The notes under the pieces: generated by a model
Told to the model about the DNA's origin: nothing
Databases searched by the model: none
Seen by the model: only the letters and a program-made list of their open reading frames with translations
Translations under genes and position numbers: made by a program
Assembly: GCA_963799495.1 (NCBI GenBank)
Contig: CAWCXH010000004.1
Span: 67,232-131,231 of the forward strand
Source of the DNA: an uncultured Actinomycetota bacterium
GTDB lineage: Bacteria; Actinomycetota; Actinomycetes; Mycobacteriales; Mycobacteriaceae
Reading direction: 5' to 3'
DNA: 64,000 nt
Part shown: positions 10,976 to 21,614 of the stretch, piece by piece
Numbering within the stretch: position 1 is the stretch's first letter
How the letters are laid out: each line of letters opens with the position of its first letter

Positions 10976-11599
10976 CCGGCAAACCGCGCGGCGGATTCGC
11001 CTCGCACATCGGCGATGGAATGTTCGCGATCGGTACGGCATTCCGCCCAATGGCCCACTCCGCGCAATCCGCCACGCCCCTAGCCCGTGAGATCGCCGCC
11101 TACCTAGCGACGATGTCCTCCACCACCGCCGAACCGCTGACTCTGCCAGCCGTGGACTGACCTCGTCCATCGGTCGTTGCACCGGCGCGGACGTCACCGG
11201 TTCACACATCACGGCGGGTCAGATATCACAGCCGACTCCCAGCCTTGTGAGACCACCGATCGGCTGAGACAAAACGCATGGCTCCTCTGCCTTGCGCGGG
11301 GGCCAAATCGCCACGACACAAGTAGGTTTCGCCCGGCGCCTGAGATGTGCTGCTGGTGTGACGCAGTTGTGACGTAGGCCACTCCCGGTGAACGAACGCT
11401 GTTCACGAGCCGTGTCACTTGGCAGCTGGAGAGTTAGGCCGGGTTTCGGAACGAAGTTGGCAATGGGCGCAAAGCATCTGGTCGCTGCGGCGGCATCACC
11501 GCACGCCACTGTTGGCGCACTCACCGTGACGTTCACCCAAAAGTACCGACGCTTATCCGAACGGCGACCAGCGCCGCCGTGCGAAATCAAGGGGACGTA

Positions 11600-12940
11600 A
11601 TGGTTTTGCTTTCCGTCAAAAAGTACTACTTCCGCGGCGCGGAAGAATACGAGACGGCCCGTCGGGCGACGGTGTGGAATGGCCTTCTGCCGGACCGCTT
11701 TCCCGACGTGATCGTGCAAGCTCACGACACCGACGACGTGGTCGCAGCGATCCGCTATGCGCGGGCCAACGGCCATAAAGTCGGCGTACGTTCGGGGGGG
11801 CACAGCTGGGCGGCCAGTCACCTGCGCGACGGCGGTTTGCTGCTCGACGTCAGCCGCCTCGACCACTGCACAGTCGACACAGATCGGATGACCGCGGACG
11901 TCGGGCCGGGCAAGATCGCCAGCGTCTTCGCGACCGAACTCGACTCACAAGGACTCTTCTTCCCGGCGGGCCACTGCGAAGGCATTCGCCTCGGCGGCTA
12001 TCTGTTGCAGGGCGGATACGGCTGGAACAGCAAGGTGGTGGGACCGGCATGTGAAAGCGTGCTTGGACTCGAGGTTGTCACTGCCGACGGTGAACAGATC
12101 TACTGCGACCCCGAGAACCACCCCGATCTGTACTGGGCCGCCCGCGGCGCGGGCACTGGCTTCTTCGGTGTGGTCACCTCGTTCAAACTGCGGATCTATC
12201 GGCGCCCGGCCGTTTTGGGCACCTGTCTGTATATGTACCCGATCGAGCTCGTCGACGAGGTGTACACGTGGGGGCGCTCCATCAGTCCCGAGATCGATGA
12301 CCGCGTCGAACTGCAGATCCTCGCCACGCGCGCCTATCCGGCAGCCGGGATCGACCACCCCGCCATCACCATCGCCTCGCCGGTCTTCGCTGAATCAGAA
12401 GAGGAAGCGGCGAAAGCCCTTGCCGCACTGGGCACCTGTCCGGTCGTCGATAAGGCGATGATCAATATCCCCTATGTGCCGACAAACCTGGTCGGCTGGT
12501 ACACCGCCGTGATGACCAACTACCCGAAGGGGCACCGCTATATCGCCGACAACATGTTCACTTCGGCTTCAGCCGAGGAGCTACTGCCGGGCATCCGCAA
12601 GATCATCGAAACGATGCCACCGCACCCCTCGCACTTCATTCTCACGGGTTGGGGCACGTCCGCCGACCGCGCCGACAAGGTGTACGGCTTGGAGGACGAG
12701 ATCTATATGGCCCTGTACACCGTCTGGCAGGACCCGGCCGAGGACGAAGAGTACCGCGACTGGGCAGGGTCAAACATGGCGGCGATGTCGCACCTGGCGA
12801 CCGGCATCGCGCTCGCCGACGAGAATCTCGGCCGGCGCCCGGCGCGGTTCATCACCGACCCGAACATGGCGCGCCTCGACAAGGTGCGCTCGACCTACGA
12901 TCCGGATAGTCGCTTCCACATCTGGATGGGCCGCGAATGA
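11600..12940 (+). CDS. FAD-linked oxidase (VAO/BBE-like)
   Basis: RSGGHS covalent-FAD motif, GHC..I.LGGYLLQGGYGW, YWAARGAG.GFFGVVT. Confidence 0.88.
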   Translation: MVLLSVKKYYFRGAEEYETARRATVWNGLLPDRFPDVIVQAHDTDDVVAAIRYARANGHKVGVRSGGHSWAASHLRDGGLLLDVSRLDHCTVDTDRMTADVGPGKIASVFATELDSQGLFFPAGHCEGIRLGGYLLQGGYGWNSKVVGPACESVLGLEVVTADGEQIYCDPENHPDLYWAARGAGTGFFGVVTSFKLRIYRRPAVLGTCLYMYPIELVDEVYTWGRSISPEIDDRVELQILATRAYPAAGIDHPAITIASPVFAESEEEAAKALAALGTCPVVDKAMINIPYVPTNLVGWYTAVMTNYPKGHRYIADNMFTSASAEELLPGIRKIIETMPPHPSHFILTGWGTSADRADKVYGLEDEIYMALYTVWQDPAEDEEYRDWAGSNMAAMSHLATGIALADENLGRRPARFITDPNMARLDKVRSTYDPDSRFHIWMGRE

Positions 12941-14196
12941 AAATGGCCGTGCGGCATCGCCATTCGGACAGGAAATCCGCGAAGCGGATGCCAATTGCGA
13001 ACGCGCTTCGGATACTAGTCATCGGCGCCGGGGTGGGCGGCATTTCCATTGCTCGGGGATTGCTGCGCGACGGACATGACGTCACCATCTTCGAACAGCG
13101 GCCGGATATGCGGCCCGGTGGCGGTGCGGTGACCATCTGGTCCAATGGCGCGACGGTTCTGGAGCAGCTGGGCGTCGATATGGACGGGGCCGGTCAGCTG
13201 CTGTCCACCGTGCGGATCGCGACATCGACCGGTCGCCCGCTCGTCAGTATCGACCTGACCGCGATCGTGGACCGGCTGGGCGCGCCTGTTCGGATGGTCC
13301 CACGTCGAGTCCTGCTTGACCGTCTGCTGGAAGGCTTTCCGGCCGATCGCATCCGATGCAACTCCAGGGTGGTCGGGGTGTTCAGTACGCACAACGGAGT
13401 CCGGATCGAGTTCGAAGACGGCAGCTCGGCCGAAGGAGATCTGTTGATCGGTGCGGATGGTCTGCACTCGATGGTTCGAGATGCCGTCGGCGCCCTGCAC
13501 GCGGAGCCGACCGGCTGGTGCAGCTGGCAGGGACTGGTCACCCTTCCGGACGTCGCCGACAAGCACGCCGCACTGATCGTTGTCGGCGAGCACGGCAACG
13601 TTGGCCTGTGGCCGGCTGGAGGCTCCGATCTGCAATGGTGGTTCGACTTGCCATGGTCGTCCGACTTCGTCAGACCCGGACGTCCGATCGACATGATCCG
13701 GTCCAATTTCACCGGATGGTCCGACTCGGTCGATCGAGTACTCGCGACATTGACCGACGACGATCTGGCCCGTTCGCCGTTCCCCCATTTTCGGCATCCG
13801 ATTCCCCGTGCGCTGGGCGGCGGCGCGATTACGTTGCTCGGCGATGCCGCACATGCGATGCCGCCCACCCTCGCGCAGGGGACCAATCAGGCGTTGCTCG
13901 ACACGATGGTGTTGTGCAAGGCACTTTCGGACTTCCGAAAAGGAGCGAACGGCGGCAACGGTGATCTCTCGAGCGCTCTGCGCTGGTACGAGAACACCAG
14001 GAGACGCAAAGTCAAGGCCGTGTCCTGGGTGGCGTCGCTGCAGGTATCCCACAGTGAGTCCATCCTGAGACCGGCGGCGATGATCTCGGACTCGTTCAGC
14101 ACCTGGGCGATGACGACGTTTCTGCGTTCAGTAAGTCACCGCCGGATATCCGCGGAAATCAACCGAGACCTGTCTAGCCGGTGTATCCGCCGGTGA
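12937..14196 (+). CDS. FAD-dependent monooxygenase (start may be 12988)
   Basis: GAGVGG Rossmann motif, LLIGADG, LLGDAAHAMPPTLAQG; ATGA overlap with the upstream gene. Confidence 0.88.
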   Translation: MKMAVRHRHSDRKSAKRMPIANALRILVIGAGVGGISIARGLLRDGHDVTIFEQRPDMRPGGGAVTIWSNGATVLEQLGVDMDGAGQLLSTVRIATSTGRPLVSIDLTAIVDRLGAPVRMVPRRVLLDRLLEGFPADRIRCNSRVVGVFSTHNGVRIEFEDGSSAEGDLLIGADGLHSMVRDAVGALHAEPTGWCSWQGLVTLPDVADKHAALIVVGEHGNVGLWPAGGSDLQWWFDLPWSSDFVRPGRPIDMIRSNFTGWSDSVDRVLATLTDDDLARSPFPHFRHPIPRALGGGAITLLGDAAHAMPPTLAQGTNQALLDTMVLCKALSDFRKGANGGNGDLSSALRWYENTRRRKVKAVSWVASLQVSHSESILRPAAMISDSFSTWAMTTFLRSVSHRRISAEINRDLSSRCIRR

Positions 14197-14270
14197 CCAT
14201 CATCCATACGACTTGCGACGGTGGGGCGATGTCGATGACCGCCAAGGTGCCACCCGGCCGAGTTGGCGGC

Positions 14271-15425
14271 CTACGCCCCTGTGACCTCGCTGACCATGAG
14301 CAGGTCGCGCACCACCGCGTCGGCAAGCAGCCGGCCGCGGTCGGTCAGCACCAGCCGATCCCCGCGACGCCCGGCAAGGCCGTCGTCGACGGCCACCTGG
14401 GCGCGTTCACGTTCGGCGGCACTCAACACGGCCAGCGGCAACCCGCTGCGCAACCGCAGCCGCAGCATTACGTCCTCGGTGTGCAGCGCGTCTCCGTCGA
14501 GCTCCTCGGAATCGTCAACCGGCAACACACCATTGGCCAATGACTGCGCATAGGCGTTGGGGTGCTTGACATTCCACCACCGGGTCGACCCGAGAAAGCT
14601 GTGCGCGCCCGGTCCCGCACCCCACCATTCGCCACCGTTCCAGTAGCCGAGATTGTGCCGGCAGTGGCCGCCGGGACGGCTCCAGTTGGAGACCTCGTAC
14701 CAGCCGAACCCGGCCTGGGCCAGCCGGCCGTCGAGCAGCTCGTAGCGCCGGGCGAGCACGTCGTCCTGGGGTGCCTCGATCTCGCCGCGCCGCACGCGCC
14801 TGGCCAGGGCGGTGCCCTCCTCGACCACCAGGGCATAACCGGACACGTGGTCGACACCCGCCTCCAGGGCGGTGTCGATCGACCGCCGCAGGTCGTCGTC
14901 GGACTCCCCCGGCGTGCCGTAGATGAGGTCGATGTTGACGTGATCGAACCCGGCAGCGCGGGCTTCGCGAGCCGCCGCCGGGGCACGACCCGGTGAGTGC
15001 ACCCGGTCGAGCACGGCCAGCACGTGCGGCGCCGCCGACTGCATGCCCAGCGACACCCGCGTATAGCCGGCGGCCCGCAACCGGTCGAACAGCTCGGGCG
15101 ATGTCGACTCCGGGTTGGCTTCGGTGCTGACCTCCGCACCGTCGGCAAGCGTGAAGTGCTCGCGAACCGCGCCCAGCACCGCCTCCAGGCCGGCGGCGCC
15201 CAGCAGCGACGGAGTGCCACCGCCGACGAACACGGTCTGGACCGCGGGTGGAGTGCCGAGGCGTGCGGCGGCCAGGCCCAACTCGGTGCGCAGCGCCACC
15301 AGCCAGCCTTCCGGGTTCGCACCGCCGAGCTCCGCGGGCGTGTACGTATTGAAGTCGCAGTACCCGCAGCGCGTCGCACAGAACGGCACGTGGATGTAGA
15401 CGCCGAACGGCCGACCCGAGGTCAT
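14271..15425 (-). CDS. hemW: Radical SAM heme chaperone HemW
   Basis: YIHVPFCATRCGYCDFN (CxxxCxxC), GGGTPS, HNLGYW. Confidence 0.93.
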   Translation of the reverse strand: MTSGRPFGVYIHVPFCATRCGYCDFNTYTPAELGGANPEGWLVALRTELGLAAARLGTPPAVQTVFVGGGTPSLLGAAGLEAVLGAVREHFTLADGAEVSTEANPESTSPELFDRLRAAGYTRVSLGMQSAAPHVLAVLDRVHSPGRAPAAAREARAAGFDHVNIDLIYGTPGESDDDLRRSIDTALEAGVDHVSGYALVVEEGTALARRVRRGEIEAPQDDVLARRYELLDGRLAQAGFGWYEVSNWSRPGGHCRHNLGYWNGGEWWGAGPGAHSFLGSTRWWNVKHPNAYAQSLANGVLPVDDSEELDGDALHTEDVMLRLRLRSGLPLAVLSAAERERAQVAVDDGLAGRRGDRLVLTDRGRLLADAVVRDLLMVSEVTGA

Positions 15426-15527
15426 GTCAGCCAGTTTCCCAGACGCCCAGGCGGGAGTTTTTCTCAGCATGAGCGCAAATCTGGCCCGGTTAGGGCATAT
15501 GTCGGTGTCCATGGCACAATTGGCATC

Positions 15528-15623
15528 GTGACCGCCGCCCACACCTTCCCCACCCGCGTTTCGCTGGTGGCACGGCGGCATGTCGACTTCAAGCGCGTTT
15601 GTAGCTGTTGCTGTCTGCCTTGA
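15528..15623 (+). CDS. Leaderless Cys-rich leader peptide (attenuator) upstream of sirA
   Basis: CACAAT -10-like box 7 nt before GTG; 31 aa ending KRVCSCCCLP; matches the polycysteine leader type described in M. smegmatis. Confidence 0.85.
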   Translation: MTAAHTFPTRVSLVARRHVDFKRVCSCCCLP

Positions 15624-15739
15624 TGTCGTAGACCTGCCCACCTGTACTTTCAGCTGGCCGCCGGATCTGCGCCGCCGGACAGCCCCCGGTGATAACGCGC
15701 GTTCCGAACGCCGGCTCCTCCGAGAAGGAGCCCTCCCAG

Positions 15740-17419
15740 ATGACTGAAACACCTTCGAAACCCCGGGCCCCGAAGCGGCCTCGCGGCGAAGGCCAGTGGG
15801 CGCTGGGCTATCGCGAGCCGCTCAACGCCAACGAACAGACCAAGAAGGACGATCTCCCGCTCAACGTGCGGGAACGCATCGAGAACATCTACGCCCCTCG
15901 CGGCTTCGACAGCATCGACAAGACCGACCTGCGTGGCCGGTTCCGCTGGTGGGGCCTGTATACCCAGCGCAAACAGGGCTACGACGGCACCTGGACCGGT
16001 GACGAGCACATCGACGTCATCGAAGACAGCTACTTCATGTTGCGGATCCGCTGCGACGGCGGTGCGCTCAACCTCGAGCAGCTGCGCACCATGGCGCAGA
16101 TCTCCACCGAGTTCGCCCGCGACACCGCCGACATCTCCGACCGCGAGAACCTCCAGATCCACTGGGTCGAGGTGGAGCACGTCCCCGAGATCTGGCGGCG
16201 TCTGGAGGCGGTGGGCCTGCAGACCACCGAGGCGTGCGGTGACACCCCGCGCGTCGTGCTGGGCTCACCGCTGGCCGGCGAGTCGCTCGACGAGGTGATC
16301 GACGGCACGCCGGCGATCCACGAGATCGTGCGCCGCTACATCGGCAATCCGGAGTACGCGAACCTGCCGCGCAAGTACAAGACGGCGATCTCGGGTCTGC
16401 AGGACGTCTGCCACGAGGTCAACGACGTCGCGTTCGTCGGTGTCAACCACCCCGACCACGGGCCGGGCTTCGACCTGTGGGTCGGCGGAGGCCTGTCGAC
16501 GAACCCGATGCTCGGCCAGCGGGTCGGCGCGTGGGTGCCGCTGGACGAGGTGCCCGACGTCTGGGAGGCGGTGACGTCGGTATTCCGCGACTACGGCTAC
16601 CGGCGGCTGCGGTCCAAGGCGCGGCTGAAGTACCTGATCAAGGACTGGGGCATTGAGAAATTCAGGAAAGTTCTCGAACAGGAATACCTAGGCCGTGAAC
16701 TGATCGACGGGCCGGCGCCGGAGCCGGTGCCCCACCCGATCGACCACGTCGGGGTGCAGCGGCTCAAGAACGGCCTGAATGCCGTCGGCGTCGCACCGAT
16801 CGCCGGCCGGGTGTCCGGCACCATCCTGGCCAAGGTCGCGGACCTGGCCGAAGCCGCCGGATCCAGCCGGGTGCGGTTCACCCCGTACCAGAAGCTGATC
16901 ATTCTCGACATCCCGGACGACAAGCTCGACGAACTGGTCGCCGGCCTGGACGCGCTGGGCCTGCCCTCGCGGCCGTCGCACTGGCGCAAGAACCTGATGG
17001 CCTGCACCGGGATCGAGTACTGCAAGTTGTCGTTTGCCGAGACCCGTAACCGTTCCCAGGTGTTGGTGCCCGAGTTGGAGAAGCGGCTGGAGGACATCAA
17101 CGCGCAGCTCGACGTGCCGATCACAATCAACATCAACGGCTGCCCCAACTCATGCGCGCGCATCCAGATCGCCGACATCGGGTTCAAGGGCCAGATGGTC
17201 GACGACGGCGACGGTCCGGTCGAGGGCTTCCAGGTGCACCTGGGCGGCAGCCTCGGCCTGGACAGCGGTTTCGGCCGCAAGCTGCGCCAGCACAAGGTGC
17301 TCTCCAGTGAGCTCGGCGACTACATCGACCGGGTCGTTCGCAACTTCGTGAAACAACGCGAGCAGGGTGAGCGTTTCGCAACGTGGGCACTACGAGCAGA
17401 CGAGGCGGACCTGAGGTGA
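15740..17419 (+). CDS. sirA: Ferredoxin-dependent sulfite reductase SirA
   Basis: GAAGGAG RBS; RWWGLYTQ, ACTGIEYCK and NGCPNSCA siroheme/4Fe-4S ligands. Confidence 0.95.
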   Translation: MTETPSKPRAPKRPRGEGQWALGYREPLNANEQTKKDDLPLNVRERIENIYAPRGFDSIDKTDLRGRFRWWGLYTQRKQGYDGTWTGDEHIDVIEDSYFMLRIRCDGGALNLEQLRTMAQISTEFARDTADISDRENLQIHWVEVEHVPEIWRRLEAVGLQTTEACGDTPRVVLGSPLAGESLDEVIDGTPAIHEIVRRYIGNPEYANLPRKYKTAISGLQDVCHEVNDVAFVGVNHPDHGPGFDLWVGGGLSTNPMLGQRVGAWVPLDEVPDVWEAVTSVFRDYGYRRLRSKARLKYLIKDWGIEKFRKVLEQEYLGRELIDGPAPEPVPHPIDHVGVQRLKNGLNAVGVAPIAGRVSGTILAKVADLAEAAGSSRVRFTPYQKLIILDIPDDKLDELVAGLDALGLPSRPSHWRKNLMACTGIEYCKLSFAETRNRSQVLVPELEKRLEDINAQLDVPITININGCPNSCARIQIADIGFKGQMVDDGDGPVEGFQVHLGGSLGLDSGFGRKLRQHKVLSSELGDYIDRVVRNFVKQREQGERFATWALRADEADLR

Positions 17420-18120
17420 CCGATGTGATGACGGAGACCGATCTACGCGAGCTGGCCGAACGCGGTGCCGCCGATCTGGCTGGCGCCAATGCGGACGACC
17501 TGCTGGCCTGGACCGAGGCGAACTTCGGCGGCAGCTACGTGGTGGCGTCCAACATGCAGGACGCGGTGCTGGTCGATCTGGCCGCGAAGGTCCGCCCCGG
17601 TGTCGACGTGCTGTTCCTGGACACCGGCTATCACTTCGTGGAGACCATCGGCACCCGCGACGCCGTCGAGGCGGTCTACGACATCCACGTCGTCAACGTG
17701 ACCCCCGAGAACTCGGTCGCCAAGCAGGACGAACTGTTCGGCAAGGACCTGTTCGCCCGCGAACCCAACGAATGCTGCCGGATGCGCAAGGTCGAGCCGC
17801 TGAGCAAGGCGCTGCGTGGCTACGCGGCGTGGGTTACGGGCATCCGTCGGGTCGAAGCGCCGACGCGGGCCAACGCCCCGCTGATCAGTTTCGACCGGGC
17901 GTTCGGGCTGGTGAAGATCAACCCGTTGGCCGCATGGACCGATGAGGACATGCAGAACTACATCGAAGCCAACGATGTGCTCGTCAATCCCCTTGTCCAC
18001 GAAGGCTATCCGTCGATCGGCTGCGCGCCGTGCACGGCGAAGCCGGTCGAGGGCGCCGATCCGCGCAGCGGTCGTTGGCAAGGCCTGTCCAAGACCGAAT
18101 GCGGGCTGCACGCATCGTGA
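17416..18120 (+). CDS. cysH: APS/PAPS reductase CysH
   Basis: FLDTGYHF, ECCRMRKVEPL, SIGCAPCT, KTECGLH. Confidence 0.96.
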   Translation: MTDVMTETDLRELAERGAADLAGANADDLLAWTEANFGGSYVVASNMQDAVLVDLAAKVRPGVDVLFLDTGYHFVETIGTRDAVEAVYDIHVVNVTPENSVAKQDELFGKDLFAREPNECCRMRKVEPLSKALRGYAAWVTGIRRVEAPTRANAPLISFDRAFGLVKINPLAAWTDEDMQNYIEANDVLVNPLVHEGYPSIGCAPCTAKPVEGADPRSGRWQGLSKTECGLHAS

Positions 18121-18127
18121 GGTTGTG

Positions 18128-18835
18128 GTGAGAACCCTGGTGCTGACGGCGCACGGCAGCGCGGATCCGCGTTCGTCGGCCACGACGCATGCCGTGGCCG
18201 AGCAGATCCGCGCGCTGCGGCCCGGCATCGACGTCCGACCCGCGTTCTGCGAGCAGACCTCGCCGAATCTCCGCGATGTGCTGGGTCGGCTGACCGCGGA
18301 CGCCGTCGTGACGCCGCTGTTGTTGGCCGGCGCGTATCACGCGCACGTGGATATCCCGGCGATGATCGCCGACGCCGGCGCGCCGGCCCGGCAGGCCGAC
18401 GTGCTCGGTGAGGACGACCGGCTGCTGCAGGTCATACACGAACGCCTCGCCGAGGCCGGGGCGTCGCGACACGACGCCGGTCTGGGCGTGCTGGTGGTGG
18501 CGGTCGGCTCGTCGTGGGATGCGGTGAACGCGCGGACCGCCGGCGTGGCACCCAGGTTGGCGGCCGGAACGCAATGGGCGGGTGCGATCACCGCATTCGC
18601 CACCGGACCGCGGCCGTCAGTGGAGGTCGCCGCGCAACGGTTGCGCCGCCGCGGCGCCACCCGCCTGGTGATCGCGCCGTGGTTCCTGGCGCACGGGCGG
18701 ATCACCGACCGCGTCGCAGACTTCGCCCGCGCCAACGACATTCCGATGACCCAACCCCTGGGCGCGCACCCGTTGGTCGCGGCGACCGTGCTGGATCGCT
18801 TCGATGCGGCCGTGGCCGACCGCCGGGCAGCTTAG
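18128..18835 (+). CDS. che1: Sirohydrochlorin chelatase (Che1/CbiX-like)
   Basis: [29 protein letters not shown]; third gene of the sirA operon. Confidence 0.88.
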   Translation: MRTLVLTAHGSADPRSSATTHAVAEQIRALRPGIDVRPAFCEQTSPNLRDVLGRLTADAVVTPLLLAGAYHAHVDIPAMIADAGAPARQADVLGEDDRLLQVIHERLAEAGASRHDAGLGVLVVAVGSSWDAVNARTAGVAPRLAAGTQWAGAITAFATGPRPSVEVAAQRLRRRGATRLVIAPWFLAHGRITDRVADFARANDIPMTQPLGAHPLVAATVLDRFDAAVADRRAA

Positions 18836-19896
18836 GCCGACGTCAGCGCCTCGTCCTCGTCCTCGTTGGCCGTTTCTGCCTTCGGCACTTGCGCATCGCC
18901 GGATATCGGCGGCACCCGGGTCGCCCGCACGTACACCGTGTCACCTTCCTTGAGGCCGAGCGCCTCGGCGTCGCCGCGGGTGATCTGCGCGGTGAACGGA
19001 TTGCTGTTGGCGGCGCTGGTCAGCTCGACGCGCACCTCGAAGCCCAGCAGCACGATGCGATCGATCGTCGCGCGGATCACACCGGTGGACTCCGCGGTGC
19101 CGTCTCCGGCTGCGATCGCCATCTCGGGATTGCGACCGACCCGGATGTCGTGCGGCCGGACCAGAATGCCGTTCAGCGAGGACACCGCACCCAGGAAGGA
19201 CATCACGAAAGCGTTCGCAGGGCTGTCATAGACGTCGGTCGGCGAACCCACTTGCTCGATACGGCCCTTGTTGAGCACCGCGATCCGGTCGGCGACGTCG
19301 AGGGCCTCGGCCTGGTCGTGGGTCACCAACACGGTGGTGACGTGGACCTCGTCATGAAGCCTGCGGAGCCACGCCCGCAGGTCCTCACGGACCTTGGCGT
19401 CCAGGGCGCCGAACGGCTCGTCGAGCAGCAGCACCTGTGGATCGACCGCCAGTGCGCGGGCCAGCGCCATGCGCTGACGCTGCCCACCGGACAGCTGGTT
19501 CGGGTAACGATTCTGAAAACCGCTCAGACCGACGACCTCGAGCAGGTTGTCGACCCTCTCCTTGATCTCGGTTTTCGGTCGCTTGCGGATCTTCAGGCCG
19601 AAAGCGACGTTGTCGCGGACCGACAGGTGTTTGAACGCCGCATAGTGCTGGAACACGAACCCGATGTCGCGCCGCTGCGGCGACACGTGCGTCACGTCAC
19701 GCCCGTTGATGGTGATGGTGCCGGTGTCGGGCTGGTCGAGGCCGGCGATGGCACGCAGCAGCGTCGACTTGCCCGAACCGCTCGGCCCGAGCAGGGCGGT
19801 CAGCGAGCCGGACGGCACGTCGAAATCGACATTGTCCAGCGCCGCGAAGTCGCCGTAGTGCTTGTTCGCCCCGCGCACGGTGATCGCGTTCGTCAT
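18832..19896 (-). CDS. cysA: Sulfate ABC transporter ATP-binding protein
   Basis: [29 protein letters not shown]-terminal TOBE domain. Confidence 0.95.
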   Translation of the reverse strand: MTNAITVRGANKHYGDFAALDNVDFDVPSGSLTALLGPSGSGKSTLLRAIAGLDQPDTGTITINGRDVTHVSPQRRDIGFVFQHYAAFKHLSVRDNVAFGLKIRKRPKTEIKERVDNLLEVVGLSGFQNRYPNQLSGGQRQRMALARALAVDPQVLLLDEPFGALDAKVREDLRAWLRRLHDEVHVTTVLVTHDQAEALDVADRIAVLNKGRIEQVGSPTDVYDSPANAFVMSFLGAVSSLNGILVRPHDIRVGRNPEMAIAAGDGTAESTGVIRATIDRIVLLGFEVRVELTSAANSNPFTAQITRGDAEALGLKEGDTVYVRATRVPPISGDAQVPKAETANEDEDEALTSA

Positions 19897-19917
19897 ACCT
19901 GCGTCTCCTTGTGGTGG

Positions 19918-20730
19918 CTAGTTGCTTGTTCTCGTGCGGCGGGCGTCGAGGATCACCTGCACGATGAGGACTATCACCGCGACGGCCATCAGCAGCGTTG
20001 AGATGGCGTACGCGCCGTACTCGGCACCGCGGGCATGCCGGTCCGCCACCAACAGTGTGAGCGTTTGCGACGTTCCCGGCAGGTTGGAGGACACCATGGT
20101 CACGGCGCCGAACTCACCGAGGGTGCGCGCGACCGTCAGCACGATGCCGTAGGTCAGGCCCCACCGGATCGACGGCAAGGTGATCCGCCAGAAGGTCTGC
20201 CACCAGCTGGAACCCAGTGTGGCGGCGGCCTCTTCCTGGTCGGTGCCCAGTTCGTGCAGCACCGGTTCGACCTCGCGGATGACGAACGGCACGGTGACGA
20301 AGATGCTGGCCAGCACGATGCCGGGCAACCCGAAGATGATCTTGAACCCGAGGTTGTTCTCCACGAAGCCGAACGCACCCGCCGACCCCCACAGCAAGAT
20401 CAGTGCCACACCGACGACCACCGGCGACACCGCGAAGGGCAGATCGATGACGGCCTGCAGCAGACTCTTACCGCGAAACCTGTTGCGCGCCAACACCAAC
20501 GCGGTGGGCACGCCGAAGATCACGTTGAGGGGCACCACGATCGCCACCACCAGCAGCGACAGCTGCAAGGCCGACAACGCCGCAGGCGTGGTGACGGATT
20601 CGAAGAACGCGCCGACGCCGGGTTCGAAGGTGCGCCACAGGATCAATCCCACCGGGACGATCAGCAGCAACAGCAGATACCCCAGTGCGACGTATCGCAG
20701 CAGGTAGCGGACGCCCGGCGAAAGGCTCAC
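19918..20730 (-). CDS. cysW: Sulfate ABC transporter permease CysW
   Basis: DLPFAVSPVV, QEEAAATLG, ARTLGEFGA. Confidence 0.94.
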   Translation of the reverse strand: MSLSPGVRYLLRYVALGYLLLLLIVPVGLILWRTFEPGVGAFFESVTTPAALSALQLSLLVVAIVVPLNVIFGVPTALVLARNRFRGKSLLQAVIDLPFAVSPVVVGVALILLWGSAGAFGFVENNLGFKIIFGLPGIVLASIFVTVPFVIREVEPVLHELGTDQEEAAATLGSSWWQTFWRITLPSIRWGLTYGIVLTVARTLGEFGAVTMVSSNLPGTSQTLTLLVADRHARGAEYGAYAISTLLMAVAVIVLIVQVILDARRTRTSN

Positions 20731-21614
20731 CGCGCCAGCTCCTCACGCTTGGCCGCGCGTGAGCCGATGCTGCGCAGTACGAACAGAACGAGGAACGAAA
20801 CCGCCAGCAGCACAATCGATATCGCGGCAGCACCGGTGCGGTCGTCGTTCTCGATGAGCGTCCTGATCCACTGCGAGGACACTTCGGTCTCCCCCGGCAC
20901 CGCGCCGCCGATCAGCACCACCGAGCCGTACTCGCCGATGGCCCGCGCGAACGCCAGCCCCGCACCGGAAAGCAGCGACGGCAGCAGCGCCGGAAGAATC
21001 ACCAGGGTGAAGATGGTGCGGTTGTTGGCGCCCAGCGACGCCGCCGCTTCCTCGACCTCGCGGTCCAGTTCGAGCAGCACCGGCTGCACCGATCGCACCA
21101 CGAACGGCAGCGTCACAAACAGCAGCGCGATGCCGACGCCCCATTTCGTGTGCTGCAGATGGATGCCCACCGGACTGTTCGGACCGTAGAGCGCCAGCAT
21201 CACCAGGCTGGCAACGATCGTCGGCAGTGCGAACGGCAGGTCGATGATCGCGTCGACGATCCGCTTGCCGGGGAACTCGTCACGCGTGAGCACCCACGCG
21301 ACCAGCAGGCCGAAGAACAGATTGATCACCGCGACGCCGACCGAGATCGTCAGCGTGACGCGAAACGCCTCCATCGCGGCGTTCGAGGTCACCGCCGTCC
21401 AGAAAGCGTTCCAACCGCCGCCGGCCGACTGCCACACGATCGCGGCCAGCGGCAGCAGCACGATGATGCTCAGCCAGGTTGTCGCCACGCCGACGCGAAG
21501 CGATGTGGTGCCATGGCGGCCGCTGATGAAGCCCGTGGAACCACCGGCGCCGTCGTCGGCGCCGGTCAGTTCCGGCCGAGTTGTCTCGGGGTTGGGCTCG
21601 ACAGCAGCTGTCAT
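20727..21614 (-). CDS. cysT: Sulfate ABC transporter permease CysT
   Basis: DLPFALPTIVA, EVEEAAASLGA, ARAIGEYGSV. Confidence 0.94.
   Translation of the reverse strand: MTAAVEPNPETTRPELTGADDGAGGSTGFISGRHGTTSLRVGVATTWLSIIVLLPLAAIVWQSAGGGWNAFWTAVTSNAAMEAFRVTLTISVGVAVINLFFGLLVAWVLTRDEFPGKRIVDAIIDLPFALPTIVASLVMLALYGPNSPVGIHLQHTKWGVGIALLFVTLPFVVRSVQPVLLELDREVEEAAASLGANNRTIFTLVILPALLPSLLSGAGLAFARAIGEYGSVVLIGGAVPGETEVSSQWIRTLIENDDRTGAAAISIVLLAVSFLVLFVLRSIGSRAAKREELAR

Noticed and set aside
11032-11038. Isolated GGTACGG copies (also about 25674, 27672, 36090 and 55510)
   Set aside because: Single heptamers are expected by chance in GC-rich DNA; only the phased tandem copies were treated as signal
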